Positions 37,780-52,300 of a stretch of DNA of 64,000 nucleotides are shown here, piece after piece. Location: the NCBI RefSeq assembly GCF_009914755.1, contig NC_060938.1, one strand, 5' to 3'. The notes under the pieces were generated by a model. The model saw nothing but the letters and a program-made list of their open reading frames with translations, made no database searches and was not told where the DNA came from. The stretch is from the human T2T-CHM13v2.0 reference genome, Homo sapiens. The position numbers and the translations under genes were made by a program. Numbering within the stretch: position 1 is the first letter of the stretch; each line of letters begins with the position of its first letter.

Positions 37780-40446
37780 AATGGAAAAATGGCAGATAGG
37801 AGACAGGACTAACACACAGCTCCCACTAGATGGACAGAACAGCATGTGGAGACTCACACTGTGAACTTTTGCTCCAAGAACCAGTGCAAGAACATACCAG
37901 GAAAACTGAAAGAACTCACAGTCCCTTTGAAAGTAGTAATTTGCCACTGCAAACTCTGCAAGAGAGCTGAAAAACTGAGTTCCCAAAATGTGTGAGAGAG
38001 AAACTCTGTCTCTGAACACACATCCCCACTGGGGAACCTGAAAATCTAGATCGGGGAGAAGGATTTAACCTTACCTAAGATTTAGGGGGGCAAGTGAAAT
38101 ATAAAAGTAGGAGAAAAGGCAGGAAGAGCCCTGTAGGCACTCCCAGTTCCTAGCTCAAACCCAGGGAAGCCACTCCTGGCTTTATCACACAGGGGTCCTT
38201 GGGGAAGGCAGCCAGTGGAATAGGGGAGAGGGCCACAGGATGAAGGAATCTTCCAACTGCATTTTGTAATAATTTTGACTGTGCATGAACTTTCCTGAGC
38301 AGAATCTGGGAGGGCAAATTGGGAGTGCAGATACAAGAGTAGAAGCTACAGCCAATGGTACAGGCAGGCAGAGAGGAGTGAGGCCTGAGAGCCCTGCTTG
38401 GTTTCTCAGCTGGGAGGCTTATAGCCTAGGACAGGATCTCAGACCTGCTCCCAGCTGCTTGGATATAAACTCAGTGCTCTTGTTGGGCACTGGGGGAATG
38501 AGACAGGCCTTGCTGGCTGTCTGAGAGCTGGGCGAGGCCTGTCACTTCCGGCTTTCTCTCAATTCCCTGACAACCTGTATGCCCCAGCAGAGGGAGCCGT
38601 AATTTTCCAGGAAACACAACTCCATTGGCCTGAGAACTACCCCTTCATCCCCAACAGTGGCTGCAGCAAGCCCTATCCAAGGAGAGTCTGAGCTCAGACC
38701 CACCTAACCCTGCCCCCACCTGATAGTTTTTCTCTACCTTCCTGGTAGCTGAAGACAACAGACATAAACTCTTGGGAGCTCTGTGGCTCTGCCCATCACC
38801 TGAGAAAACAAATACTTATCCTGGCCAATGTAGGGAAATATTATATCCTTCTTCCACTACTGTAGCTGGTGCTCTCTTGAAAGAACCACCTTCTGGTTGA
38901 AGGCCAACCAACTCTAGTCATTACAGCAACTCATAACAGAACAACCCTGCTTCAAAGAGGAAAAAAACACCATGGCTAACAAGAGGTCCTGAGTCTGTTC
39001 ACGTGACAAATTCACTACTAGCATCACCAGCACACTAAACCAAACTACAACCAAGGACTCCCAGACGGTCCAGTCCACTCACCTGCCACCTCTACCAAAG
39101 CAGATGCTGGTATCTACAACTGGGAGACCCGAAAACAGATCAAATCACAGGACTCTTTGTAGCCATTCCCTAGCACCAGCCCAGAGCCCAATAGCCCATC
39201 TGGGTGGCTAGACCAGAAGAATAATAGCAATCACTGAAGTCTGGCTCTCAGGAAGCCCCATCCCTAGGGGAAGGGAAAGAGCACCAAATCAAGGGATCAC
39301 CCCATGAGACAAAAGAATCTGAACAGCAGCCATTGAGTTCCAGATCTTTCCACTGAACCAGTCTACCCAAATGTGAAGGAATCAGAAAAGTAATTCTGGT
39401 AATATGACAAAATATGACTCTACAACACCCCTGAAAGATCACACTAGCTCTCCAGCCATGGATCTAAGCCAAGAAAAAAAATATCTGAATTGCTAGGTAA
39501 AGAATTCAGAAGATTGATTATTAAGGTACTCAACAAGGTACCAGAGAAAGGTATAAACCAACTTAAATATATTTAAAAATATATAGGATATTGATTAAAA
39601 AGTCCATCAAAAAGTGGGCTAAGGACATGAATAGACAATTCTCAAAAGAAGATAAACAAATGGCCAATAAACATATGAAAAAATGTTCAACATTACTAAT
39701 TATCAGGGAAATGTAAATTAAAATCACAATGTAATACTACCTTACTCCTGCAGAAGTGGTAATAATTTAGAAGATCAAAAAATAAGAGATGTTGGTGTGG
39801 ATATGGTGAAAAGGGAACACTTTTACAATGCTGGTGGCAATGTAAACTTGTACAACCACCATGGAAAACAGTATGGAGATTCCTTAAAGAACTGAAAGTA
39901 GAACTACCATTTCATTCAGCAATCCCACACTAGGTATCTACCAAGAGGAAAAGAAGTCATTATGTGAAAAAGACTCTTGCACATGCATGTTTATAGCAGC
40001 ACAATTCATAATTGCAAAAAATATGGAACCAGCCTAAATATCCATCAACCAATGAGTGGATAAATAAAATGTGGTATGTATATACCATGGAATACTATTC
40101 AGCCATAAAAAGGAATGAAGTAATGGCATTCACAGGAACCTGAATGGAGTTGGAGACCATTATTCTAAGTGAAGTAACTCAGGAATGGAAAACCAAATGT
40201 TGTATGTTCTCACTTATAATTGGGAGCCAAGCTATGAGGACACAAAGGCATAAGAATGATATAATGGACTCTGGGGACTCAGGGGGAAAGGTAGGAAAAG
40301 GGTGAGGGATAAAAGATTACACATTGGGTGCAGTATGCACTGCTTGGGTGATGGTGGCACCAAAATCTCAGAAATCACCGCTGCAGAACTTATCCATGTA
40401 ACCAAAAACCACCTGTTTCCCCAAAACTATTGAAATTAAAAAAAAA
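37780..40446 (+). mobile_element. L1PB, 5'-complete, with large internal deletion
   Basis: TSD aagcatggaaact (37767-37779) / aagcatggaagct (40447-40459); 5' UTR, ORF1 start region ~39371, junction ~39600 to the ORF2 C-terminus, L1PB-type 3' UTR. Confidence 0.92.
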
Positions 40447-41494
40447 AAGCATGGAAGCTGAAATATCTAACATTTTGTGACACCATGGTTTGTGAATTTT
40501 AGGGGATGGTTCAATAGAAGATATAGACAAAAATGGAAATTTAATTAGAGAGCTGAAGAAAAAATATGAGTTGCAAGTAAAGTAAGAATGTCTCATTAGG
40601 AGAGAGAAAATATTTGGTCATTTTGATGAGGACTTAATTACATAGAGGCTGTTAAAGAGGGTGATAGCTGCAAGTTTGTGGCAGTGGGCTATGGTGATTC
40701 ACTGTTAGTTAAGATTATAGGAGGAATAAACTGTTTAAATATGCCATGACTTTTTCCACAGGTAATGAAGGCAAATTATAATGCTACATAAAAGGAGCAA
40801 ATAGCATAATTTAAAAGTAATAGGAAAATAATATCAAGGTAGGTCACAAAATGAATATGACTGTATCTTTGAAGTAACAGCCATACATATGGGCACTGAA
40901 ATGAGAGACTAGGAGCAAGTTTATGTGAGAAGAACACACTTTTCCTACTGTGCAATTTTGCCAGATATTGGCTCTAATAATGTCGAAACTAATGATACAC
41001 CATATAACCCTAAAATCCTACTTAAATGAGTAATGTTTTCTTCCAAATCATGTAGCTAGCAATTTTCTCAAAATAGAAAACAACTCACTTTTGAAAAATG
41101 TAAGAAATTAACTTAGAGATAATTTAAATTTCAATGAGGAAAAATAAAAGTCCAATAATGGAGAAAATACTGTTCTAACTTTGATAGGAGGAAATATGTT
41201 TTTTTTTTCCCCAAGGAAGTTCCTCAGATAAATGTTTAAATGTGTTAAATTTTTCCTCCAGATACCTTCTTTTTTCAATCCCTTATCTGCTTGATAATTT
41301 TTAGTTTTTCTTCTTCCCACTTGAGTGGGTTCACTTTTGCCTCATCTTTCTTAGCTCACTCTTTGGAAAATGTCTACTGTTATTTACAATACATCCTGAA
41401 ATTAAGTTAATTATTTCAGTAGTATTTACTCTTTCGTCCTCAAAACTAATTTTTAAAAGAAGTATGTGGCCTTCACTCCTCATATTTTAAGTCT

Positions 41495-42425
41495 TAGGCA
41501 AAAGGAGGCTTGGATATGCAATGGTAACAAGAAATTCCAAAATCTCAGAGACTTGAAAGAACCAAGTTTATTTCTTGCTCACACTGCCGGTTGGTTCATT
41601 ATGGGTTGACAGGGTATCTGCCCATTGTAATGAGCATTGCAGGCTGACAGAAGCTCCATCTCAACCCATGCTTCCATAATAATGACAGGGAAAAGAAAAT
41701 ATACAGTGCGTTCTGTGTTCTTTTATGTGATGGTTAGTCAGGTGGGACCATGAAAGAAGATGCCGGATAGGCTGAGGAGAACAAAGTTTATTATACTCAC
41801 AGGTCCTAGCAACAAGAGGCATGGCATACCACCTAGGGCCACATGTGAAAATACCTGGGTCAGTCTGGAGGCAGAAGGGATACGCATGAGGGGAAGGAAT
41901 CGGACACAGTCTTTATTGTAGTTTTAGAGGGAACAGCAAGGCAGGACAGGATAAACATCTTAGGATTGGCTAATTTAAAAGAATTCCAGTGAGCTCTAAG
42001 CTGTAAGAATGGTCCCTAGTTGCCTGGAACCTAGCCCTGGGATGGTTAAGGTAGAGGAATATTGCCCCTTGAGGTGTATGGAACAGATAAAGGAGGTATG
42101 CGTCTGGATTGGTTAGGTTGCATGTTGAAGGCATGCTCCCAGAGAAGCCCCTTGCTATCTCTAAGGATCGACTAGCCCTCGGAGGAGCAGACTTTCCAGC
42201 CAGAAAGGCTTTTAAGATGTCAAAACCTAATATACAGAAAATAAAAATATAAACAATACATAGGGAAATACACACTGGCTTTAAAAATTTCTGCTTGGAA
42301 GAGACCCACTTTATTATTCTCACTTTTTTAATGGCCCAGGCAAGTCACAAGGCCATGCACGAGTTCAAGTGGACGGGATACCTTCCCCATGCATGTGGAT
42401 ATTGATGAACAATAAGTTTATCATA
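41495..42425 (-). mobile_element. Old MLT1 LTR split by a younger LTR
   Basis: atgcaatggtaacaa...tttatttcttgctcaca on the left; atggcccaggcaagtcacaaggcca on the right. Confidence 0.6.
41714..42260 (-). mobile_element. ERVL solo LTR, MER73/MER74-like
   Basis: Minus strand starts tgtattgtttatatttttattttctgtat...ttgacatctt...agggctagtcgatccttagagatagcaa; aataaa near the 3' end. Left boundary is approximate. Confidence 0.7.
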
Positions 42426-42699
42426 GAGGGGAAGTTGTATTTGTTGCAAGTGTTTTCACCTAACCCCTTGCTCTTTCTCCAGTGCAAGATTACCTGTTGC
42501 TTCAGTTAGACTGATCGCTTGAGCACAGACACAATGGATGCCATTTTACCCAGCATGGCCTCAAGAATTTATTAGGCCCATTACTTCTTTAAGAACTTGG
42601 AAGAGTGAGAATTTTTTTTTCTTGTGGGGCTTCAGTGGTCAATAGGAAGTTACTTGAATACTAGGCAGGATCTGTCCCTACTTTCATTTCTGACTTTAT

Positions 42700-45065
42700 T
42701 TGAGTACTCCTTTTTGTTTTTATTTAGTCTAGCTAAAGTTTTGTTCATCTTGTCAATCTTTACAAAGAACAGGTTTTGATGCCATTAATACTCTCTTTTG
42801 TTTTTTATTCTCTATTTCATGTATCTCCATTTTAATCTTTAATATTTCCTTCCTTCTACTAGCCAAGTAAAATAAATTTCTAATTATTGTTTTATTCATT
42901 TTTCTTTTAAATTTTGTAGAGAACAAAAAGAGGAGTTACATAACAAAAATGCAATGTTAGTGGCTTTAATGTTTATCTATGTATTTACCTTTACGTAAGT
43001 TTTTTATTTATTCATGTGGCTTCAAATTACTGTCTAATATTTCTTTAATTTCAGCCAGAAGGACTCCTTTTACCATTACTTAAAGGGAAAGTCTACTATC
43101 AACAAACTCAGTTAAGGTTTATTTGGGAATGTCTTAACTTTCTTTTTCGTTTTTGAAGGATAGTTTTACTGAATATAAAATTCGTGATTAACAGTTTTTT
43201 TTTTTTTATCTGTTTCAGCACCTTCAACATGTTATCCTAATGCCTCTGGCCTCCATGGTTTCCAAAGAGAAACCAGATGTTAATCTAATCAAGGATCCCT
43301 TGCATGAGATGAATTGCTTCCCTCTTGCAGTTTCCAGGATTCTCTTTGTCTTTCAACAGCTGTAGTGTGTTTCAGTATGGACCTCTTAGAGTTTATTCTG
43401 CTTGGAGTTCATTCAGCTTCTTGAATATGTAGTTTTATACCTTTTATTATGTTTGGAAAGCTTTTATTTATTATTTTTTCAGATGTTTATTCTCTCCTTT
43501 TTTGTCTCTTCTCTTTTTCTTCCAAGACTCCCATTATATGTATGTTAGATATGCAGTGGTAACAAGAAATTGTATACAATTGTTGATGTCCTAAAGCTTT
43601 CTTCAACTCTGTTCAAGTTTTTTTTCTTTTTGTCTCCCTGCCCTCAGACTGAATAATTTCAATTGACATATTATCAAGTTCACTGGTTGTTTCTTTTGCC
43701 TACTTAAATCTGCTATTAGAATGTTCTCAGCTTTCCATTTCAGTTTATAGTACTTTTTAGCTTCAAATTTTCTGTTAGTTTTTTGTTAATGCTTTTAAAA
43801 AATTTGAAGTTCTTTTTTCTTATACCATTCTCTTGGTGTTTATTCCTGGTTTCATTTAACTCTTTGAACATGTTTCAAACAAAAGTTTTGAAGTTTTTGT
43901 CCAGTAATTCCAACATCTGTGTTTCCTTAGGAACTGTTCTGTTAATTTCTCCTGTAAATGGGCCATACTTCCTTATTTCTTTGATGCCCTCTATTTTTTA
44001 CTAAAAACTAGATGTTTTGTTTTTATAGTGTGGTAACTCTGGATAAGAAATACTTTCCCCTCCTTTGAGTTTGTCCTTGTTGCCTGCTGTGTGCTGTAGC
44101 TATTCATTTATTGACTTGTCTAAACTATTTTTGTAAAATATGTATTTGCATGTGTGGTCTCTGAAGTCTCTGTTTCCTTAGCTTATGGTCAGCTTGAAAT
44201 TTGAAGGACTTTTCCTTGAATGCAAGGAAAAAAAATTGGGAAAGGAAGCAGTGAAGGAAAGAAGAAAAACAGAAAGAGTAAAATGAGAAAAATACTTAAT
44301 TCTTGGTAATTGGTTTTCTTTTGGGGCACCTTTTTAATACTTAACCAGGCTGTTTATAACTCTGCCTTAGCCCTCACTTGCTGATGGTGCTGAGTCTAGA
44401 GATCAGCCAGAGGTTAAAACTTAGGGAATTTTTAGGAATTTTCTGAGCATGCCTCTTGCTCTGGTCATGCATGGGGCTTTCTAAATTCCCCAGCATACAT
44501 GGGTATAATTGAACCCTAATTTCTCAAACCCCAGATTTTCCTATAAGCCTTTCAGCAATCTGTTTTTTGCCTCAACTGTAATATTTGGCCCCAGGTGATA
44601 ACTCGCTGTTTGTTTGGTTTACAATGTCTTTAAGAAATTTCTTTTGCGTTTTCTACCCAGAATGAGTTTAAGTTAGGTGGAACCGAGTCGAGTGCCTTGT
44701 TTCAGTCCTTCTGGTAGTTTCTCATAGCATCCAGACAGGTAAAAATAGAGAACAACATTTATTTGAAAATAAGGTCTGCTTGGCTTCCTCCATAACTAGA
44801 GACCACACGGGGGAACATACGTTATCATTTCCATGACTGATGGTGAAACAGGGTGGTTGATGGGGTTAAGAACATATTAAAATAGCAAAAGGCTTTAGTT
44901 TTAAACTTCCTTTATTTATGTTAAAAGTTGTACTCTATAAACATTTTACTATGTTCCAGAGTACTTATGAAGGTGATGCTGACAGATTTTGATTTATATT
45001 TTGATATTTCTGTGTAGGGCAGACACTTAGAGCTACCTAGCCCTCCATTATTGCTGATGTCTTAC
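42700..45065 (-). mobile_element. Old L1M (L1MC/MD-like): 5' UTR, ORF1 and small ORF2 piece
   Basis: Antisense ORF1 motifs ttttgaaggatagtttt, ctctggcctccatggtttc, cttggagttcattcagcttcttg; 5' end ccattattgctgatgtc. Confidence 0.8.
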
Positions 45066-45865
45066 CCTACATATGCCTTTATAAATGAGCATAAGACCTG
45101 CTAGGTTTGTAAACCAATAATGGTAACATTTTAAATACATTCTATGTAATGGATATATATCATATTATATAGTAGTTTAACTATTTAGAATCAATAAGAT
45201 ATGAGATGAATACACCCCACCAGCAACAAGCAAACAAACAAAACCCATCAAAATTGTGCAAATATGTAAAATCTTCTCATCTCCCAGGGCTTTGCTGAGG
45301 ACTTGTCAGCTCTTTTCTAGTTTTCCTCCAAATGCAGATCAGAAACAGCAAATTAAAAGGTTAAGAACTGGAAGCCTTAAGAAGGAGAAAAAATCTGCAC
45401 TAATGGAAGAAGTATACAGATAAGTTAAAAGCAGACATGGACTCAAAATACAGGAATTTGTTCAATTTTGTGTTTTAATTTTTGTGGGTACAGAGTAGGT
45501 GTATAGACTCACATCAGGTTAAATGGGGTATCCATTGCCTCAAGCATTTATCCTTTGCGTTATAAAAAATCCAATTATACTCTTTCAGTTATTTTAATAT
45601 GTACAATTAAATCATTTTTGACTACAGTTGCCCTGCTGACCTAGAAAATACTAGGTCTTATTCTTTCTATTTTTTTTTTTGTAACCATTAACCACCCCAC
45701 TCTCTCCCACCCTCTACTATCCTTCTCAGCCTCTGGTAACTGTCCTTCTACTCTATCTTGATGAGTTCAGTTACTTTAATTTTTACTTCCCACAAATAAG
45801 TGAGAACATGCTAAGTTTGTCTTCTGTGTCTGGCTTATTTCATTTAACATTATGACCTCCAGTTT

Positions 45866-46313
45866 CTTTCCTTTTTTTTTTATACTTTAAGTTTTAGGGT
45901 ACATGTGCACAACGTGCAGTTTTGTTACATATGTATACATCCACCATGTTGGTGTGCTGCACCCATTAGCTCGTCATTTAACATTAGGTATATCTCCTAA
46001 TGCTATCCCTCCCCCCTCCCTCCACCCCACAACAGGCCCTGGTGTGTGATGTTCCCCTTCCTGTGTCCATGTGTTCTCATTATTCAATTCCCACCTATGA
46101 GTGAGAACATGCGGTGTTTGGTGTTTTGTCCTTGCGAGAGTTTGCTGAGAATGATGGTTTCCAGCTCCATCCACGTCCCTACAAAGGACATGAACTCATC
46201 CTTTTTTATGGCTGCATAGTATTCCACGGTGTATATGTGCCACATTTTCTTAATCCAGTCTACCATTGTTGGACATTTGGGTTGGTTCCAAGTCTTTGCT
46301 ATTGTGAATAGCG
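45866..46313 (-). mobile_element. 5'-truncated L1PA (PA4-6-like) nested in the L1MA 3' UTR
   Basis: TSD cattatgacctccagttt (45848-45865) / cattatggcctccagttt (46314-46331). Confidence 0.93.
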
Positions 46314-49300
46314 CATTATGGCCTCCAGTTTTATCCATGTTGTTGCAAATGACAGGATCTCATTCTTTTTTATGGCTGAATAGTACTCCATTGCATATAT
46401 GTACCGTATTTTCTTTATCAAGTCATGTGTTTATGGAAACTTAGGTTGCATCGAAATCTTGGCTATTGTAAATAGTGCTGCAATAAACATGAGAATGCAA
46501 ATATCTTTTTTACATACTGATTTCTGTTCTTTTGGGTATATATCTAGGAGTGGGATTGCTGAATCATATGGAAGCTCTATTTTTAGTTTTTGGAACCTCC
46601 AAGCTGTAGTGGTTGTAATAATTTGCATTCCCACAAAAAGTGAATGAGGATTCCCTTTTCTTTACATCCTCACCAGCATTTGTTATTGCCTGACATTTGG
46701 ATAAAAGCCATTCTAATTGGGGTGAGATGATATTTCACTGTAGTTTTGAATTACATTTCTCTGATGATCAGTGATGTACAGCACCTTTTTATATACCTAT
46801 TTGCCATTTGTATGTCTTCTTTTAAGAAATGCTCTATTCAGATATTTTGCCCATTTTTAAATTGGATTATTAGATTTCTTCCTATAGAGTTGAGTTCCTT
46901 ATATATTCTGGTTATTAAACCATTGTCAGATGGGTAGTTTGCAGATTTATTTTTCCTTTTTTGTGGGTTGTATCTTTACATTGTTAATTGTTTCCTTTGC
47001 TGTGCAGAAGACTTTTAACTTGATATGATCCCATTTGTCCATTTTTGCTTTGGTTGCCTATATGCTTGTAGGGTATTAGTCAAGAAATCTTTGCCCAGTC
47101 CAATATCCTGGAGAGTTTCTCCAATATTTTCTTGAAGTAGTTTCATAGTTCGAGATCTTAGATCTAAGTCTTTAATCCATCTTGACTTGATTTTTGTAAA
47201 TGGTAAGGAATAGGGTCTAATTTCTTTGGCATATAGATATCCAGTTTTCCCAGCACCATTTATTGAAGAGACTGTTCATTCCCTAGTGTATATTCTTTGT
47301 AGCTTTGTGAAAAACAAAATTACTGTAGATGTTTGGGTTTATCTTTGGGTTCTTTATTCTGTTACACTGATCCATGTTTCTGCTTTTATGCCAGTTCCAA
47401 GTTGTCTTGGTCACTATAACTCTGTACTATATCTTAAAGTCAGGTAGTGTGATTCTTTCAGTTTTGTTCTTTTTGCTTAAGCTAGCTTTGACTATTCTGC
47501 ATCTTTTGTGGTTTCACATAAATTTTAGGGTTGTGTTTTCTATTTCTGTGAAGATTGTCATTGGTACTTTGATAGAGGTTGCATTAAATCTGTAGACTGT
47601 TTTGGGTAGTAGGAACATTTTAATAATATTAATTCTTCCAGTCCATAAATATGGAATATCTTTTGGTGTGTCTTCTTCAAGGTCTTTCTTCAGTGTTTTA
47701 TAGTTTTCATTGTAGAGATCTTTCAATTATTTGGTTAATTTCTAACATGTTTTTCTTCATTTGTTGCTATTGTGAATATGATTACTTTCTTAATTTTTTT
47801 CTTAAGATGGTTGGCCGTTGGCATATAGAAATGCTCCTGATTTTTGTATGATGATTTTGTATTCTGCAACTTCACTGAATTTGTTTATTAGTTCTAATAG
47901 CTTTTTGGTGGAGTCCCTAGGTTTTTCCAAATATAAGATTATATAATCTATAAACAAGAATAATTTGACTTCTACTTTCCAATTTGGATGCCTTTTTTTT
48001 TCTCTTGTCTGATTGCTCTAGCTAGAAATTCCAGTCCTATGTTGAATAACTGTGGTGAAAGTGTGCATTCTTTCTTTGTCCCCAATCTTAGAGGAAAGGC
48101 TTTTATTTTTTCATCATTCAATATGATACTAGCTGTGCTTCTGTCATATATGGCTTTTATTATGTTGAGGTATGTTCCTTCTATACCCATTTTTCAGGGT
48201 TTTTATAATGAAGGGATTTTCAATTTTATCAGATGTTTTTTCAGCATCAATTAAAATGATCATATGGTTTTTATCCTTCATTCTGTTGTTATAATGTATG
48301 ACACAAATTGATTTACATATGTTGAGCCATCCTTGCATCACCCACTTGGTCATGATGAATGTTTTTAATGTGTTTTTAAACTTGGTTTGCTAGCATTTTG
48401 TTGAGAATTTGTGCATCAATATTTATCAGAGATATTGGCCTATTGTTTAATTTTTATATGTATTTTTGTCTGGTTTAACTATCAGGGTAAAGCTGGCCTT
48501 GTATAATGAGTTTGAAATTATTCCCTCTACTCTATTTCTCAGAATAGTTTGAGTAGGATTGGTATTAGTTCTTCGTTAAATGTTTGGTGTCATCCATCAG
48601 CGAAGTGATCAGGTCTGGGCTTTATTTTATTTTATTTTTTTGCTGGGAGACTTTTTATTACAGCATCGACCTCATTTTTATTTATCTGTTTAGGTTTTGA
48701 ATTTCCTTGTGAGTTCAATATTGGTAACTTGTGAGTGTCTAGAAATTTATTCATTTCTTCTGAATTTTCCAATTTACTGGCATATAGTTGTTCATAGTAG
48801 CCACTAATGATTCTCTGAATTTCTGAGGTATCAGTCATAATGTCTTCTTTTTCATCTCTGATCTTGTTTATTTAGGACTTCTCTCCTTTTTTTTCTTAGT
48901 CTGGCTACATGTCAATTTTATTTATCTTTTCAAAACACCAGCTTTTTGTTTTGTTGATCTGCTTTTTTCCTCATTTCAAATTTATTTCTTCTCTTACCTT
49001 TATAATTTCTTTTATTCTACTAATTTTGGGTTTGCTTTGCTTTTGCTTTTCTAGTTCATTAAGAGGCATTCTTAGGTTGTTTATGTGACATTTTTCTCCT
49101 TTGATGTAGGCATTAATGGCTATAAACTTCTCTCTTAGTACTACTTGTATTATATCCCATAGATTTTGGGATTTTGTGTTTTTATTATCATTTGTTTCAA
49201 TAAATTTTTCAATTTCATTCTTAATTTCTTTATTGAACCACTGATTATTCAGGAGTACATTGTGTAATTTCCATGTGTTTGTATAATTTTTAAAAATTCT

Positions 49301-52300
49301 TTTTGTTATTGATTTCTAGTATTATTCCATTGTGGTCAGAGAAGATATTTGGTATTTTAATATTTTGAATGTTTTTAGACTTGTTTTTTTATCTAGGATA
49401 TGATCTATCCTTGAGAATGATCCATGTGCTAATGAAAATAATGTGTATTCTGCAGCTGTTGGATGAAATGTTCTGTAAATATCTATTAAGTCCATTTGGT
49501 CTATAGTACAGATTAATTGTGATATTTCTTTTTTTTTATTTTCTGTCTAGATAATCTGTTCAATGCTGAGAGTGGGGTGCTGAAGCCTCCAGATATTATT
49601 TTATTGGGATAAATCTCTCTCTTTTGCTCTAATAGTGTTTGCTTTGATATATCTGTGTGCTCCAGTGTTGGGCGCATATATATTTACAATTGTTATACTC
49701 TCTCTTGCTGAATTGACCCCTTTATCATTATATGATTACCTTCTTTGTCTCTTTTTATATTTTTTTGTTTTAAAATCTATTTTTTTCTCATGTAAGTATA
49801 GCTACTCCCACTCTTTTTTGTTGTTTGTTTCAATTGACATGGAATATCTTTTTTTTTTCAGTCTATGTGTGTCTTTATAAGTTAAGTATGTTTCTTGTGG
49901 GCAACAGATCATTGGGTCTTTTTAAAAAAATGTATTCAGCCACTTTAGTTTATTTACATTCAATGTTATTATTGATATGTAGGATTTACTCCTGCCATTT
50001 TTTATTCAGTTTCTCTTTTTTAATGGTCTTCTTTTCTCTTCTTTCTTTCTTTCATTCCTTCCTGTCTTCCTTTTAGTGAAAGTGATTTTATCTGCTGGTA
50101 TGATTTACTTTCTTGCTTTTTACTTTTTTGTATGCATTGTATGAATTTTAATTTGAGATTACTGTGAGACTTGCAAATAATACCTTATAATTCATTATTT
50201 TAAGCTGATAACACTCTTTTCATAAACAAGCAAGCAAAAAGAAAACTAATAAAAATGCTACACCTTAACTTTGTCCCCTTTCAGCTTTTTAACTTTTTGT
50301 TGTTTCTATTTATATCTATTGTATTATATCATGAAAAACTGTTGTTATTATTATTTTTGATTAGTTCATCATTTAGTTTTTCTTAAGATAAAAGTAGTTT
50401 ACACACCATAGTTACAGTGTTATAATATTCTGTAGTTTTCTGTGTACTTACTATTGCCAGTGAGTTTTGTAATTTCACATGATTTCTTCTTCCTTATTAA
50501 TATCCTTTTCTTTCTGATTGAAGAACTCTCTTTAGCATTTTTTTAGGACAGGTCCTGTGTTGATAAAATCATTCAGTTTTTGTTTGTCTGGGAAAGTCTT
50601 TATTTCTCCTTCATGTTTGAAGAATATATTTTGCCAGATATACTATTCTAGGGTATAAGTATTTTTTTCTTCAGCACTTTAAGTATGTCATGGCACTGTC
50701 TCCTGGCCTCTACAGTTTCCACTGAAAATCTGCTGCTAGATGTACTGGAGTTCTATCATATGTTGTTTCTTTTCTCTTGATGCTTTTAGAATCCTTTCTT
50801 TATCCTTGATCCTTAGGAATTTGATTATTAAATGCCTGGAGCTAGTCATCTTTGGGTTAAATCTGCTTGATGTTCTATAACCTTCTTGTACTTAAATATT
50901 GATCTCTTTTTCTAGGTTTGGGATGTTTTCTGATATTATCTCTTTGAATAAACTTTCCATCCCTATCTTCTTCTCTACTTCCTTTATAAGGCCTATGAGT
51001 CTTAGATTTGCTCTTCTGAGGTTATTTTCTAGATCCTGAAGGCATGCTTCGGTTTATTTTTATTTTTTTCTTCTCCTACTGTATATTTTCAAATAGCCTG
51101 CCTTCAAGCTCACCATTTTTTTCTGCTTGATTAATTCTGCCATTAAAAGACTGATGCATTCTTTCTTATGCCAGTTATATTTTTCAACTCCAGAATTTCT
51201 GCTTTATTATTTTAAATTATTTCAATTTCTTTGTTAAATTTATATGATAGAATTCTGAATTCCTTCTCTGTGTTATCTTGAATTTCTTTGAGTTTCCTCA
51301 AAAGAGCTATTTTTAATTATTTCTCTGAAAGGTCACATACCTGTTTCTTCAGGATTAGTCCCTCGTGCATTAGTTCATTTAATGAGGTGGTATTTTTCTG
51401 GGTGTTCTTGATGCAGGTGGGTGTTTACTTGTGTCTGGCATTGAAGAGTTAGATATTTATTGCAGTCGCCACAGTCTGGGCTTCCTTCTACCCATCTTTT
51501 TGGGAAAGGATTTTTGGGTATTCAAAATGACTTGGCTGTTGTAATCTAAGCCATATCTCTATTAGGGTGCACCAAAACTCAGTAATGCTGTGGTTCTTGC
51601 AGACTCATAGAGGTACTACTTTGGTCATCTTGGATAATATCTGGAAGAAATATCTGCATTACCTGGAAAAGACTCTAGTTCTCTTTCCTTACTTTGTCCC
51701 AAACAAGCATAGTCTCTTTCCCTGTTCTGAGCTGCCTGGAGCTGGTGGTGTGGTGTTACAAGTTCCCCTGTGGCCACCACCACTAAGACTGTGATGAATC
51801 AGACCTGAAGCCCACTACCTGTCCTTTGCCTATGTTTGTTAAGGCACTGGAGCTCTACTATCACCAAGTGGTGAAGCTAGCCAGGCTTATGTCCTTTGTT
51901 TCAGGGCAATGAGCTCTGTCAGGCCCTGGGTAGGTGTAGAAGTGCCATCCAGGAGCCAGGGACTGGAGTAGAAAACCTGGTGTTCTACTGTACTGCAACT
52001 GAGCTGACACTCAAACCATGAGATGCAGTCCTTCCCACTCTTCCTCCCCTTTCCACAGGCAATGGAGCTTCACTCCATGGCCACCAGTGTCACAGGCCCG
52101 TGGGGAGTATTGCCAGACTACCAGTGATGTTCCCTTCAGGCCCAAGGGCTCTTCAGTCAACTTTCAGTGAATGCTGCCTGGTCTGGGACTCGCTCTTCAG
52201 GGAAGTGGGCTTCCCTGTGGCACAGAGAAGGTCCAGAAATGCCATCCAAGTGTCACGGCCTGGAATCAGGGACCCCAGTAGCCTTCTTGATCTTCACACC

